From: the human T2T-CHM13v2.0 reference genome, Homo sapiens
DNA: 64,000 nucleotides
Direction: 5' to 3'
NCBI GenBank assembly: GCA_009914755.4
Contig: CP068257.2
Location: forward strand, 32,000,001 to 32,064,000
How positions within the stretch are numbered: position 1 is the first letter of the stretch; every line of letters starts with the position of its first letter. Shown piece by piece: positions 31,084 through 46,389 of the stretch. Both the position numbers and the translations under genes were made by a program. A model generated the notes under the pieces. The model worked only from the letters and a program-made list of their open reading frames with translations, did no database searches and had not been told where the DNA came from.

Positions 31084-31548
31084 CCTCAGTGTAGAGAGAT
31101 ATCATCCACTGGGAGATCACTGAAAAGTAAACCAAAACATTTTTATTAATACATGGGATGGTAGAATGTCACTCCAGTTTTGTTCCTAAAGTTCGTAGCT
31201 CTCTAAGAAAGTGAATTTTAAGCAAGTTAATCTATTTTAATGCATCACTGCTCTTTCGGTGTTTTTCTAGTAGAATTAATGATAGGTAGCTTGCTTTATT
31301 AGCTTACTGCCCAGAGAGAACATTGGTGAAATTGTTTTGGCTTCAGCTCTCTGGACTGAGTTTGGCTGCCTAGCTCAGTTTTCAGTTGGTCACCAAAACC
31401 TGTCATTGTTTTTGTGTGGTATGGGGTCTGCTGGAGTCATGTGGTAGTGCGTTTGGCCCTTCATTGAGTGGTGGAGCCAGGAGTTGAGCTGAGGGCTGTG
31501 GCAGAATTTTGAATTCAAGTGAATTCGAATGTGAAAATAACAATGTCT

Positions 31549-31869
31549 GGCCGGGCGTGGTGGCTCACACCTGTAATCCCAGCACTTTGAGAGGCCGAGG
31601 TGTGCGGATCATGAGGTCAGGAGTTTGAGACCAGCCTGGCCAACATGGTGAAACCCCATCTCTACTAAAAAATACAAAAATTAGGCGGGCGTGGTGGCGC
31701 ACAAGTGTAATCCCAGCTACTTGGGAGGCTGAAGCAGGAGAATTGCTTCAATTCCCTGCTTGAACCCAGGAGGTGGAGATTTCAGTGAGCTGACATCGCA
31801 CCATTACACTCCAGCCTTGGCGACAGAGCGAGACTCTGTCTCAGAAAAAAAAAAAAAAAAGAAAGAAAG
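31549..31869 (+). mobile_element. Alu with internal ~20-bp duplication; TSD AAAATAACAA
   Basis: GGCCGGGCGTGGTGGCTCACACCTGTAATCCC...GAATTGCTTCAATTCCCTGCTTGAACCC...A-rich tail. TSD at 31535-31544 and 31870-31879. Confidence 0.95.
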
Positions 31870-32208
31870 AAAATAACAAGGTCATAGCAACACAGCAAGT
31901 GGTCAGAATTTTACCCTTGGTGGTTAAAATTAAACATCCTCTTTTTAATACAGGAGGACAATGCTCTTGCTCCTCTGTTGCACTGGTGAGCATTTGATGT
32001 GTTCCTCCTTGCATTATGTCTGCAAATCGTTCTGGTGTCTGGTGGCATGCATTTGCAAGACATGGATACAGTTCATGGACGTGGACGAGGTCAGCTGGCT
32101 TTTAGTGTCAGGCTTTAACCAACCTAGTTAAGAAGGACGCTGACTCTTACCATAAAAGCACTGCAACAAGATTGGAATTGGAGCTCCAACGAATTGGAGC
32201 CATTCGTT

Positions 32209-32244
32209 TTGTGTGTGTGTGTCTGTTTGCCTGTGTGTGTGTAC
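32209..32244. repeat. (GT)n microsatellite, interrupted
   Basis: TTGTGTGTGTGTGTCTGTTTGCCTGTGTGTGTGTACAG. Confidence 0.9.
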
Positions 32245-34732
32245 AGGGTTAATTACTTCTCTGCAAGGCAAATTTCCTGACCGGTTTTATTGTTCTAACA
32301 CAGACAAAATGTTGTGTAAACACATATATCATTCCAGTGTGTTATCTATAATAGGAGTGTTCATTGTGGATCCAGTGTTTCACAAAAATCAATTCATTTC
32401 CGCTCTGAACTTAAGATAGTAGATTTTAAAACCAAGTTATCTTTCAATTTCTGAAGTTATCTGAAACTCAGCTGCCCCAGTCTTGCAGAATTGGAGAATT
32501 GCATTTTGGCCACTGATGAATGAAAGCTATATAGCTAGTAATGAGAGAAACCTTGAAAAATTGACAAGAAAATGAGTGCCATTCTTGGTATATAGCAGAT
32601 TTCAATGAATAGTAGTTCCCTTTGCCTTTATTTTTCCTCTTTCCTGCACTTAATATAAAGAGCTAATATTAAAGTCATTAAATGAGAATAGATCTGTATT
32701 ATAGGTAGCACTGCTTATTTTTAGACCCCTTCAGATACAGTTATTACAATTGTTGTTTTAATATTCTTTAAATGATTACAGGAGGAAGAAACTTGGTAGC
32801 GGGGTTACCAGGATGTTAGCTCCATGAGGGCAGGGAGTGTATCGCTGTTGTCCAGGGGGCTAGCCCCAGGCCCTAGAGCAGCGCCTGCTGCCTGGCAGAC
32901 ACGCAAGGGTTATTTGTTGGTTTATTAAATCAAGGAGTGTTTGAGGTCCTTCAAGCCTGGAGGCCCGAGGGCTCTGAGCTGGTACAGAGCAAGTGCTGGG
33001 GGCAAGAGAGACAGGTGGGGAGTGAAGGAGAGAGGCCCACTTGGGACTTGACTCTGAATGTCTGGGAAGTAGGAAGTTAATGTAAGTTTTAAGCAGGGGA
33101 GTCCCATGATGTGCTTTTGTTTAAAAATCTCCTTCTGAGTATCATGTGGGAGTGGATTGGAGGATGGATAGAGAGGAACATTCCATTGACTCGGCTTCCA
33201 GCTGTCTATGGATGTTGACGTTTCTACCTAGCCTTCTGCTTTATCTTTGTGATGAGGATAATGTGGTGTACTTTGTGAGGTCTCAGGAATGGTTTGAGAT
33301 GAATGGTAATTTGTGTAAACTTTCCGGAGTTTCTCTGAGGAAAAGAGAACCCCATAAAATTATTACTATTGATCAAATGAAATAGCAGTGTAAGACAAAG
33401 ATCAAGAATTATTTAGCTTTATAAACAAATTAATTGAGGTTATGAATATAGGTTTCTATAGGAGAGATTTTGTTTCCTTTTTTTAGTGAAAGAAATCTTA
33501 AATGTATGGGAATGAATCCTTAAAATAGCAGGCTTTTGCATTGTCTATAGAAGCTGTTCTCTTTGAGGAAGATCTGTTTTGTAAAATGCTGCTGTTGTCT
33601 GTCCAATCTGGAGTTTTAATTAGTATCAAAGGGAGGGAAATCCTGCAGTAATCGTAACCTTACTTTAATTCTTAGTTCAATTAGTTTTAAACCACAGTCA
33701 TTATCTGTTATCTTTAGTTGTTTTGATCTTGGTAGATGAAGTGATTAATATTACAGTTGTGATTTGGTAATTTAAAAAATAACATGTTTTTTCCTACTAC
33801 AAAAGGAATACATGTTTATTGAAGAAAACTTTTGGAAACATATATAAGGAAAGAAGACTAAAAGCCTACCAAGATCTTACCATCCAGTGATAATGACTGT
33901 TAATACCCTGTGAAGGTCAACATGCTCAAATTACCCAGCAGGTGCCTGGTGTGAAGCTACTTAGCCCGGGAGAGTTGAAGGCCTGTTAGGGACCACGAGC
34001 ACTGAAGGTGGCAGGACGGTCCAGGGCCAGTCAACCCAGACCTTTGTGGTTCTGGGAGGATGCGTCCTGGTGTTACTACACCTTATAGTTATTTAGGAGA
34101 ATGTGGGTTTAATATGAAATCTTCTGATTTTTATGTGGGCCACACTTTTTATTGTTAACACACTGGGGTTCAAAGCATACCTGAGGGCTGGATTCAGTCT
34201 TCGTTGCCTTGCCAGTTTGTAGCCTCAGGTACGTACAGTTTTGTAGCCTGTGTTTTTCACTTAATGTGTTGTATTTGCAGCCTTTTTTGCTACATCGTCA
34301 TATATGTAATCAGTCACTTATTGCTGGACCTATAGATTCTTTGTCTTTTTGCTTTTTAATAAAGATAGGTAAAATTCTTGGACCAAAAGTTGTTTGTAAA
34401 GCCTTTGCAGCATACCGCTCTCAGATGCATTCCCCCTATCATGTAAAAGGTACTTGTTTCCTGTTCTCTTACCAGGACTGGGTAAAACCATCTCCAAAAA
34501 CATCTTAGCCAATTTTATTTGTTTTAACTTGCATTATTTTCTGTATTACCAATGAGTGTGAATGATTATTAAATGCCTATTGGCCTTACACAAATTTATT
34601 TGGTAACCAACTTGTCTTGCTGGAACTCTAAGTTCCAGCAATGTTTTGGTCTTGCATTCAATGCTTCTCAGTCTTTGTGATTCCAGATAATATTAGTACT
34701 GTGTTAGTAGCAATAATTAGTACTAATTGTAG

Positions 34733-35108
<376 letters not shown>

Positions 35109-35285
35109 GTGATTGGGAAGTTCTGAGTTTAGTTAGCTGTTCAGTGAATGTTTGAGTACACGCTGTATATGCCTGGCATTGCTCTAGGTGAGTAGCCTTG
35201 AACCAAGATAGAATCTCAGCCCTCTAAGACTTCTATGCTTTTTTAAAAATTCTCGAGTTTTTCATACAGACCATCATGTTTATAA

Positions 35286-35635
<350 letters not shown>

Positions 35636-35640
35636 AATGT

Positions 35641-35760
35641 CTTTCTTTTTTTTGAGATGATGTCTTGTTATATCGCCCAGGATGGTCTTGAACTGCTGGG
35701 TTCCAGCAGTTCTCCTGTCGCAGCCTCCCAAAGTGCTGAGATTATAGGCATGAGCCACCA
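35641..35760 (-). mobile_element. Free Alu left-monomer-like fragment (antisense). Together with the previous Alu it is bracketed by TAACTTGTATTT repeats.
   Basis: TCTTTCTTTTTTTTGAGATGATGTCTTGTTATATCGCCCAGGATGGTCTTGAACTGCTGGG...ATTATAGGCATGAGCCACCA. The 12-mer TAACTTGTATTT sits at 35322-35333 and 35761-35772. Confidence 0.8.
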
Positions 35761-35885
35761 TAACTTGTATTTGTTTATTGGCATGGAACTTCTAAAACAG
35801 TGATGAATGCTTGTTACCCTTTAATTCCTTCCTTCTTTCCTTCCTCTTTCTCTTTCTTTCTCTCTTTGTCTCTTCTTTCTCTCTT

Positions 35886-36169
<284 letters not shown>

Positions 36170-37236
36170 TTTGATTTTTTAAATTCACTTTAATTATCTT
36201 AAGTTCTGTTATACTCTAGACTCTTAGCAAGAGTCTAGAATCAACGTTAGTTATTAGTTCCGTATTTTGATTATGAGACAAGGTACAAAGCTGAGACTGT
36301 GTGATGAGAACCTTTGGAATGTATATCTGACCCAACACAGATCCCCTAAGTGCCCTTCAACCTACACATCCAATTTCTTCCTACCTCCTTCTCTACACAA
36401 AAGACATAATACATTGAACTCGGGTTGGGCACCTGACCAACCTGGCCCAATCAGTGTTCGTTTCTTCCCTGGAAATTTGAAACTAGGCTCAATAGAGAAG
36501 GATTTGGCCTTAATATGCTCAAGGACCCTAAGTAAAGGATTGGGAGTTATAAGCAGTTATGTTCTGCTGTCTGGGGACTAAGAAAGATGATTTATGGATG
36601 GGGAGAATAAAGTAACTGTCTAAAGAGAAGCAGAGAGAACACTACCTGACTCTCTGACAGCATTAAGCCACTCTCTTCCAGTCTGTTCTTGGTCCAGCTG
36701 CATTCTCGTTCTTGAGTTCTTAAGGTTACCTCCTTCCCCTTGATTTAGGTAGCTGGAGTTTCTGTTACTGTGAACTAAACATTCTTCTCATTCTTACCAC
36801 AATATTCTTTTTATGATACTACCTTGTCTCTTTTTTTTTTTCACTATGTCTAGGGACGTTGTGAATTTGTTATTATTTTCTCCATATAATAACATCAACA
36901 GTTAAGGATAGCAAGAAACATGGAAGTACCAAAATTTAATCTAATTCAGGCAATCACAATTTGATTGGAAAGGCCATTTTACAAATGCGGACTCTGGCTC
37001 GGACCTGTTTTAAACCGGTGTAGATCTCTAGCTGAGGGAAAACAGGAAGGAAGAAATTTTGAAGTTACTTTTAAATGTTGCAGAATTTCAGTGGTGTCAT
37101 TTCCTTTCACATCCATATAAAATGTTGACCTCCTGCAAAAACCAATACTAGGGACATTCACAGTGTACAGTATTATGTGCATCTGTATAGGGGGTGAGTC
37201 TGAATTCTGTTCAAGTGTGTAGCCACTGAAACAAGA

Positions 37237-37546
37237 TTTTTTTTTTGTTTGAGGCAGAGTCTTACTCTGTCACCCAGGCTGGAGTGTGCAGCGGTGCAAT
37301 CTTGGCTCACTGCAATCTCTACCTCCTGGGTTCAAACAATCCCCCCACCTCAGCCCCCAGAGTGGGTAGGATTACAGGCACCACCATGCCTGGCTAATTT
37401 TTTTTTTTTTTTTTTTGGTATTTTTAGTAGAGATGGGGTTTCGCCATGTTGGCTAGGCTGGTCTTGAACGCCTGACCCAAAGTGATCTGCCTGCTTTGAC
37501 CTCCCAAAGTGCTGGAATTACAGGCGTGAGCCACTGCGAAGGGCCT
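37237..37546 (-). mobile_element. Alu (antisense); TSD GAAACAAGA
   Basis: T10 tail then GTTTGAGGCAGAGTCTTACTCTGTCACCCAGGCTGGAGTGTGCAGCGG. TSD at 37228-37236 and 37549-37557. Confidence 0.95.
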
Positions 37547-38345
37547 TGAAACAAGACTCTAAAGTGTACTGTCGAAATACCAAGAAGTTGAATCACAGAA
37601 TAGTTTACCTGGGGCTGGGCTTAGTTCTTAGATTAGCTTTCTGTGTCGTGGTGATGTCATGTATCAGGAATCCTTAACTTAAAAAAAACTCAGTGATAAG
37701 TTTAAGTAGTCCACTATCTAAATGCAGTTGGGTGGGGAGGTGGAAAAAGTGATAGGGAGAGAAAAAAGAGGATTGTAGGAGAGAGAAGGAAGAAAAAGGA
37801 AGGTTGCTTTATTGCCACAGTTTTCTTTATTCATAATTGTATTTGTATGAGCTTTTTCATTTCCAAGTGGAAGAAGCACAGCATTGAAATGTAGTGACTC
37901 ACATACCTGTCAAGTCCAAGGATTCTGATTGGCCTGGCATGATCGTGTGTCTGAACCCATCATATGACCAAGGGAAACGTGTACTCTCATTGGCTCTCCT
38001 GGGCCTTGGGTCTACCTTTTCCCCCAGTTGGTGAGACCAGTACCTAAACTCGTGGAATTAACAGAAAGCATTAAAGAGAAGTAGGATCTGTCAAGAGGAG
38101 AAAAAAACGCTAGGCAGGCAAAACAGATGGCCTTTACTCAGTGTATGATCAGTGTCATACAAATTAATAATTAATAATTGAAGTTACTTTTAAATGTTGT
38201 AGTATTTCAGTGGTGTCATTTCCTTTCACATACATATAAAATGTTGACCTCATGCAAAAACCAATACTACAGACATTCACAGTGTACAGTGTTGTGTGCA
38301 TCTGTATAGGGGGTGAGTTTGAATTCTGTTCAAGTGTGTAGCCAC

Positions 38346-39100
<755 letters not shown>

Positions 39101-39450
39101 CTTTCTTGACCTTCTCCTTTTATCTCTGATTGTCAGTTTCCTCTTAGTTTCATTTCTTTCCATAAGCAGCTGTGACCTCAGCATGGGTCATTTCAGCTAT
39201 TTCCTTGCCCTGTTGCTCTGTTACATTTAGGACTTCCCAATTCCCTTTGAGGGCTTCTTATCCTTAAAATGTTGCTGTCGCCAGGGCTTTTCATACCCTC
39301 TTTTGACATTTCACTGGTCTTCCACGGCAGTCATTTTCACTGTATTTATCTGTCTGTACCTGGAGCGGTGTCTTTTTTTCTAACCCTGCATCGTGTAATG
39401 ATGATGTTCTGATAGGTGATTTTGTCTTTGTGCAAACATCATAAAGTGTA

Positions 39451-40178
39451 TGGTTGACCTTTGAACAAGGGAGGGATTAGGGGTGTTGGTCCCCAACACA
39501 GGCAAATCCACATATAAGCAGGGCTCCGTGGCCCTTGCCTGTAATCCCAGCACTTTGGGAGGCCAAAGTGAGAAGGTTGCTCGAGACCAGGAGTTTGAGA
39601 CCATCCAAGCAACAAAGTGAGACTCCCATCTCTACAAAAATTTTAAAAATCAGCTGGGCATGGTGGTGTACTCTTGTAGTCCCAGCTACTAGGGAGGCTG
39701 AGGCAGGAGGATTGCTTGAGCCCAGGAATTTGAGGTTACAGTGACCTGTGGTTGTGCCAGTGCACTCCAGCCTGAGCGACAGAGCCAGATTCTGTTTTTA
39801 AAAAAAATCATATAACCTTTTTGACTCCCCCAAAACGTAACTACTAATGACCTATTGTTGACCAGAAGCCTTACTGATAACATAGTCCATGAACGCATAC
39901 TTTGTATGCTATATGTATGATATATTCTATTCTTACAATAAACTAGAGAAAGGAAAATAGTATTAAGAAAATTATAAGGAAGATAAAATATATTTACTAT
40001 TCATTAAGTGGAAGTGGGTCATCATAACATTCTTCATCCTCATTGTCTTCACGTTGAGTAGGCTGAGGAGGAGGAAGAAGGGTTGGTCTTACTGTCTCAG
40101 GGGTGACAAAGGTAGAAGAAAATCTGAATATGAGTGGACCCACACAGTTAAAACTCATGTTATTCAAGGGTCAACTAC
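39451..40178. mobile_element. Tigger/TcMar-like non-autonomous DNA transposon (MITE) with terminal inverted repeats, interrupted by an Alu
   Basis: Left end (TA)TGGTTGACCTTTGAACAAGGGAGGGATTAGGGGTGTTGGTCCCCAACACAGGCAAATCCACATATAAGC and right end ...GTGGACCCACACAGTTAAAACTCATGTTATTCAAGGGTCAACTAC are reverse-complementary TIRs of CAGTTGACCCTTGAACAA type. Confidence 0.65.
39521..39808 (+). mobile_element. Alu (older) inserted into the DNA transposon; TSD AAATC[C]A[C/T]ATAA
   Basis: GGGCTCCGTGGCCCTTGCCTGTAATCCCAGCACTTTGGGAGGCCAAAGTGAGAAGGTTGCTCGAGACCAGGAGTTTGAGACCA... Confidence 0.9.
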
Positions 40179-40179
40179 T

Positions 40180-40460
40180 TATACAAACCGAGGTGGTATA
40201 GCCTACTATACACCTAGGTTATATGTATAGCCTATTTTGCTCCTTGGTTACAAACCCCTACAGCCTGTTACTATACTGAATACTGTAGGCAGCTGTAACA
40301 CAAGTATTTACAGTGGTATTTGTGTATCGAGACATATCTAAACATAGAAAAGGCACGGTAAAAATATGCTGTTACAATCTTACGGGACCACGATTGTATG
40401 TGCAGTTCATCATTGACTCAAATGTTACTGGCTGCATGACTGTACCTACTGGATCCATTG
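40180..40460. mobile_element. Unclassified interspersed-repeat-like sequence adjacent to the MITE
   Basis: ...TATAGCCTACTATACACCTAGGTTATATGTATAGCCTATTTTGCTCCTTGGTTACAAACCCCTACAGCCTGTTACTATACTGAATACTGTAGGCAGCTGTAACACAAG...AATCTTACGGGACCACGATTGTATGTGCAGTTCATCATTGAC resembles a common human repeat family. The name is not recalled reliably. Confidence 0.4.
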
Positions 40461-41518
40461 GGCGCTTAAAACTTCAATACATCTAGAGCATTGCTCACCT
40501 GCCACCTTTCTTCTGACCAACCTCTTCCTCTGTCTGTATATCCCATCTTGGTGAATGATACTATTATCTATCCTTTTGTTCATTGTTTCAGCAGTTATTT
40601 ATTGATTACTTACTGTGTGTCAGATAGTCTGTGGTATAATTTTATATCATTTTGTTCCTGATTCCTAGCACATAGCTTCCAAAATCTTTGGAATTTCCTG
40701 AGTGGTGGGAGTGTCTTCTTATTCATAATGAGTCCTTTTGGATCTTATCTGAGTTCATGCTAATGAACTGGCTCCTGGGGATGAGGGGCTGGACACCCTC
40801 AGAATTGGGGGTGGTCCGGAGGAAGCAGTCAGGAAACTGCAGGATTGGAGGGTTGGAACTTTCAGCCCTCCGCCACCACCAGCTCCAGGGAAGAGAGAGG
40901 GACTGGAAATTGAGTTCAGTCACGTGGTCAGTGATCTACTTAATCATGCCTATGCAATGAAATTGCAAACGAAAGCCCTGGAACTGTGAGGTTCGGAGAG
41001 CTGGGTTGGTGAACCCATGATGTGCAGAAAGGTGAGTGCCTATATTGCACAGAGGAGGAGAGGGCATGGAAGCTCTGTACTTCCTCTCCCCCATGCTTTG
41101 TGCAGTGAGTCTCTTCCATTTGGCTGTTCCTGAGTTGCACAGAGCTTTTCCATGTTCGGTGAGTTGTTCTAGTCAATTACTTAACTTGAAGTGGAGTTAG
41201 GGGAACCCCTAAATTTGTAGTCAGCCTGGCAGAAGTGCAAGACTTGAGGCTGGCATCTGAAGTGGGGAAGTCTTATGGGACCAAGCCCTTGATTTGGGGA
41301 GTCTGCACTAACTCCGGTAGTGTCAGAATTGAAATGAATGGTAGGACACCCAGTTAGTGTTGGAGAACATTTTTTAGAACTCAGTCTGCCTATAGTATTT
41401 TTGAATACTGTGTCTATACACAGTATAGACTTAGTACCTGCCCTTAAGCTAGATAGGTGAACAAGCAATTATAATTTAGCTTTGTAAGCTATTCATGGAC
41501 TAAGTCAGCAGCCTGTAC

Positions 41519-41822
41519 TTTTTTTTTTTTTTTTTTTTTTTTTTGAGATAAAATCTTGCTGTGTCACCCAGGCTGGAGTGCAGTGAGATGATCATTGATC
41601 ATGGCTAACTGCAGCCTCAACCTCCCAGGCTCAGGCAATCCTCTCACCTCAGCCTCCCGAGTGGCTAGGACCACAGTTGTACACCACCACACCTGGCTAA
41701 TTTAAAAAAAAATTTTTGTAGAGATGGGATCTCACTGGTCTCAAACTCCTAGGCTCAAGCAGCCCTCCCACCTCAGCCTCCCAAAGTGCTGGGATTAGAG
41801 GTGTGAGCCACTGCACCCAGCC
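41519..41822 (-). mobile_element. Alu (antisense), T26 tail
   Basis: GAGATAAAATCTTGCTGTGTCACCCAGGCTGGAGTGCAGTGAGATGATCATTGATCATGGC...GGTGTGAGCCACTGCACCCAGCC. Confidence 0.9.
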
Positions 41823-43416
41823 TGGATTCTATCTGATGCTGAAGTCGGTGGCTTGATTCTGTCAATTCAGCCTCTGAAAGGTCGTTTGAATTCACCCTTT
41901 CTAGCCCCACTGCTCTGGTCTTAGTCCAGGCCTTTATATATTTTTTCACTTTACTACTTTGCTCTTAATGGTTGCTGCTTCCTGACTCGTCTGGCTTCTC
42001 TGTTCCACTTCATTTTACACTCACATGTTGCCAAAATAATCTTTGTTATGTGCTGCTCCCACAATAAGATCTTTCCCCGTGCTTTTATCTCCTAAGGTGG
42101 TGGACCTCAAGCCTTTTGGTATCAAAACCCTTGTGTCCTCTTAAGTGATTGAGGTCCCCAAGGAACTTTTCTTCATGTGGATTTTTGTCTTATCATTGTC
42201 TGCCAGATTAGAAATTAAAACCAAGAAATTTACACTTAAAATAGCTGTAATAAACCTATTACATGTTAACATAAATAACATTTTTATGAAAACTGTTCAC
42301 AAAACAAAAAAATTTAGTGAAAAGTGGCCTTGTTTTACATTTTTTGCAGATCTCTTTCATGCCTCACTGAATAAAAAGATGGCTGAATTCCATAACTGCT
42401 CCTGTAGTCAGTTTGTTGTGAAACGTTGTTTTGGTTGAAATAGTTGAAGAAAATCTGGCCTTATACAGATATGTAGTTGGAAAGAACAGGAGTCTTTTAG
42501 TGGCATTTCCAGAAAATTGTGGTTATTTTGTGATACTGTACCAAAACTTGACACTGGGTAGTTTCTTAAGGATTGGTTGCAGTGTAGAATCTGAAGTCAT
42601 ATAAGTGAACTTTTTATCCTCTGTTACAATAAAATCTGTTGATCCATCCTATACTTTGAATGGCTATTTTACCCCTGTTTGATTTGACCAATACATACAA
42701 CATCATGTATTGGTCATTTGGAAAATACTGGGTCACTGAGTTATGTAAATCTTACAAATGTTGACACATTTCATTAAACAATATCACAAAATCGTGTTTG
42801 TTATCACCACCCATCTTATTAGAAAATTCTTTAAATGTTGAGAAGCAGTCTAGCTCATAATGGCAGATACAAGTTTTCCAAAATTCTAATTTTCACCCCA
42901 AATTCAAATTTTATCATGAACAGCAAGTACTGTCAGTTGTTTTTCTTGCAGCATCAGGCTTGCTTTATTTTTGAGAAACTGTGCCAGATACCCAAATCTG
43001 AATAATCATAGTTTTTTTTGGTTGTTGTTTTGCCAAATAAAAATCGAGTTCCTGTAAAAAAAAAATGGCTAGTTTAGCTCACAACTCAAATGATTGCACA
43101 GTGATTTTCTTGGACATTGTTGTTTGGTGTAGCACATAAATGCTTTGAGTATCTAGTCATACAAGCATTAAGCATGTGTACTCAAGGGCTGAGATTTAAT
43201 AAAGTAATAATTTTTCATGATTCATCAAAGACATCCTGTTGTAAAACTGACTTTTTTTTTTTTATGTGAGTGTTTGGCAGTGAAGAATCCAGTGACCACA
43301 CTGGTACAGTTTGGTGCCACTGCTAAGGTGGGAGCAGTTTTACCCACCATTGTTTTTGTATCAGTGTAAATAAAATCACAGTGAAAAGAGCAGGTCTTGC
43401 CTGAGTACCATCATGA

Positions 43417-43758
43417 TGATATGGTTTGGCTGTGTCCCCACCCAAATCTCATCTTGAAATGTAGCTCCCATAATTCCCATGCGTTATGGGAGGGACCTGA
43501 TGGGAGATAACTGAATCATGGGGGCAGTTCCCCCATACTGTTCTTGTGGTAGTGAGTGAGTCTTAGGAGATCTGATGGTTTTCTAAGGGGTTTCCCCTTT
43601 CATTTGGCTCTCATTTCTCTCTTGTGACCGCCATGTGAGACATACCTTTTGCCTTCCACCATGATTATGAGGCCTCCCCAGCCACCTGTAACTGTGAGTC
43701 CATTAAACCTCTTTTTCTTTATAAATTACCCAGTCTCGGTGAAAATGAACTAATACAC
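43417..43758 (+). mobile_element. THE1/MST-type MaLR solo LTR
   Basis: TGATATGGTTTGGCTGTGTCCCCACCCAAATCTCATCTTGAAATGTAGCTCCCATAATTCCCATGCGTTATGGGAGGGACC...GTGAGTCCATTAAACCTCTTTTTCTTTATAAATTACCCAGTCTCGGTGAAAATGAACTAATACAC, an end-to-end match to the THE1 LTR. Confidence 0.9.
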
Positions 43759-45243
43759 GTAAGAATTTTGACCATCTGAACCCCCATGAAAGGGTCTTAG
43801 GACTCCCAGGGATCCACAGACCACAAGAGAATTGCTGCCTTGTAGGATAAAATCTAAACCTTCACTCACAGTTTAGAGTGCATTATGCTGTATCCCTGTT
43901 GACCTTCCCCTTTTCCTCTTCTATTTCTCTTCCATCTGGATCTCACCATAGAATGTTCTTTTGTCACTTTAGCTTTACAGTTTATTTCCCTTCTGCCTCC
44001 CCCTATCTGTCCCTTATCCTTTAGGCCTAACTGGGTGTTACTGAAGTGAAAATACCCGTACCTGCCGCAGCTATGAGTCATTTTCCCTTTGATTTCCAGC
44101 ACTGAACTTTTGGCTCTACCTCTTTCCATCTATTTTCTAGGGACCTCTGATTTAAAGTTCCGAATTTACAAATCCCATCATAACAGGAAAGCATTTTACA
44201 TCCCTCTTGTGACTTAAACTTAATTTATACTAATATTTTTCATTTTGAACCTTCTTATACCTAATTAAATGAAACATTTGAGCAAATAGGTGATGGGGTA
44301 TTGCCTTTTTTGGGGTCTTCTGTTCTGTCAGAAATGGTATTATAGTTAGGTCTAGCCCAGGGAAAAAACTGATTTCCTTTAACAGTTATTTGAATGATAC
44401 CCATTTTCCTAATCAGGAAGGTTTCTTGGTATTATCTAGGTACTGGGTTTTATGCTGCCAAGTTCATCAGTTAAATGGCCTTTAGATAAAGGACAGGTTG
44501 GAGTTGTGCTCAGCTCATATAAAATGTGCTTTAGAAGGACTTCTGGTATTATCTGACCCACACTGCCCCTCATGTCACACATGTTTCTGCACGTACACAG
44601 GATGAGTACTGAGTACCCTTCATGTTTCAGGGATTCTGCAGGTCTTTCACATATGCCATCTAAAATTTGTTTTTCACAATTTTGTGAACTAGATGACAAG
44701 ATCCTTGTGTTACAGATGAGGACCTCGAATTTGCTGCCATTTGTGTAATGAAAATATAAATGGCATAGTGAGTAGCTGAACTTAAATAAAAAATCATTGA
44801 CTTACCACATAAATAATAGTATTATAACATTATAAAACAAGATTTGGTATAAATGAGCTTTCATCAGTATAGACACATCTCAGGCATTAGTCTACCTTGC
44901 CTAGAAGGAGCAGGAATTATTTATTGAGCACTGTTTTGGATATATACTGAAGTTCCCTCAAATTCTAATGTCTCATAACTCTTCAGGCAGTTATAGTAAT
45001 TGCTGGATATACCAGGAAGTTATGCCTGTAATTACTGCTCAGAAATGAAATATGTAAACTCTAGCATTATATTCATACTGGTTTTATTATGAGATATATT
45101 ACCTTTTAGATTTCTTATAAGATCTATTTTTTAGATTTAGCTTACAAAGCCATTAACTGTTATAAAATTATACTGTAAATTATAAGCTTTAGTTAGATGG
45201 GCCGTTAGGCCCTAGCTTTGCTGGCAACTGTAACCTTTTATGA

Positions 45244-45715
<472 letters not shown>

Positions 45716-45902
45716 TCTGATGATTAAATTCTAAAACCAAGAGTTATTTAAAAGATTTTGTAGACAGTGGGGGTTGGAACTTGAAAGTGACCCATCAGCT
45801 ATGTAGCTACTAGCATTTTCCTAAAAAGTCCTCAGTGAGGCAGCTGGACAAGGTTGAGAGGCAGGCAGCATAGCCAAGGGATTCTGGAGCCAAGCTGCTC
45901 AG

Positions 45903-46389
45903 CTACTGTCTTAGCCCACTTCGTGTTGCTGTAATAGAATATCTGAGGCTGGGTAATTTATAAAGAAAAAGGTTTATTTGGCTCACAATTCTGATGGCTA
46001 GGAAGGTCAAGTTAGAGCATCCGGTGAGGTCCTCAGGTTGCTTCCACTCAGTGTGGACTCCTGAATGTGATGTGGATGTGAAGAAACTGGAATCCTCATA
46101 CATTGTTGGTGTGAATGTAGCTTGGTGCCGCTGCTGTGCTAAGGGGAGCTAGAGAGTGCAGAGGTCACATGGTGAGAGAGGTAGTAGGAGCGGGATGGGA
46201 AGGGGCCAGGTTGTTAACAGCCAGCTCATGTGAGAACTAAGAGTGAGAACTCACTCACTCTTGGGGAGGGCCTTAATCTATTCATGAAGGATCCACCCCA
46301 TGACCTGAAAACACCTCCCACTAAGCCCCACCTCCCTACACTGCCACAGTGGGGACCAAATTTCAACCTGAGATTTGGTGGGGACACAT
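45903..46389 (-). mobile_element. MaLR (MLT1/MST-like) LTR fragment, antisense, with a ~65-bp L1-ORF2-like insert at 46075-46140
   Basis: GGCTGGGTAATTTATAAAGAAAAAGGTTTATTTGGCTCACAATTCTG...CATGACCTGAAAACACCTCCCACTAAGCCCCACCTCC...TTTCAACCTGAGATTTGGTGGGGACACATAGC, the reverse complement of MaLR LTR ends. Confidence 0.75.

Noticed and set aside
46075-46140. 65-bp L1-ORF2-like piece inside the MaLR LTR that is ~90% identical to 47,322-47,385 of the downstream L1
   Set aside because: It may reflect an old rearrangement or gene conversion between the two, but it is equally consistent with an independent tiny L1 fragment. Too short to interpret.
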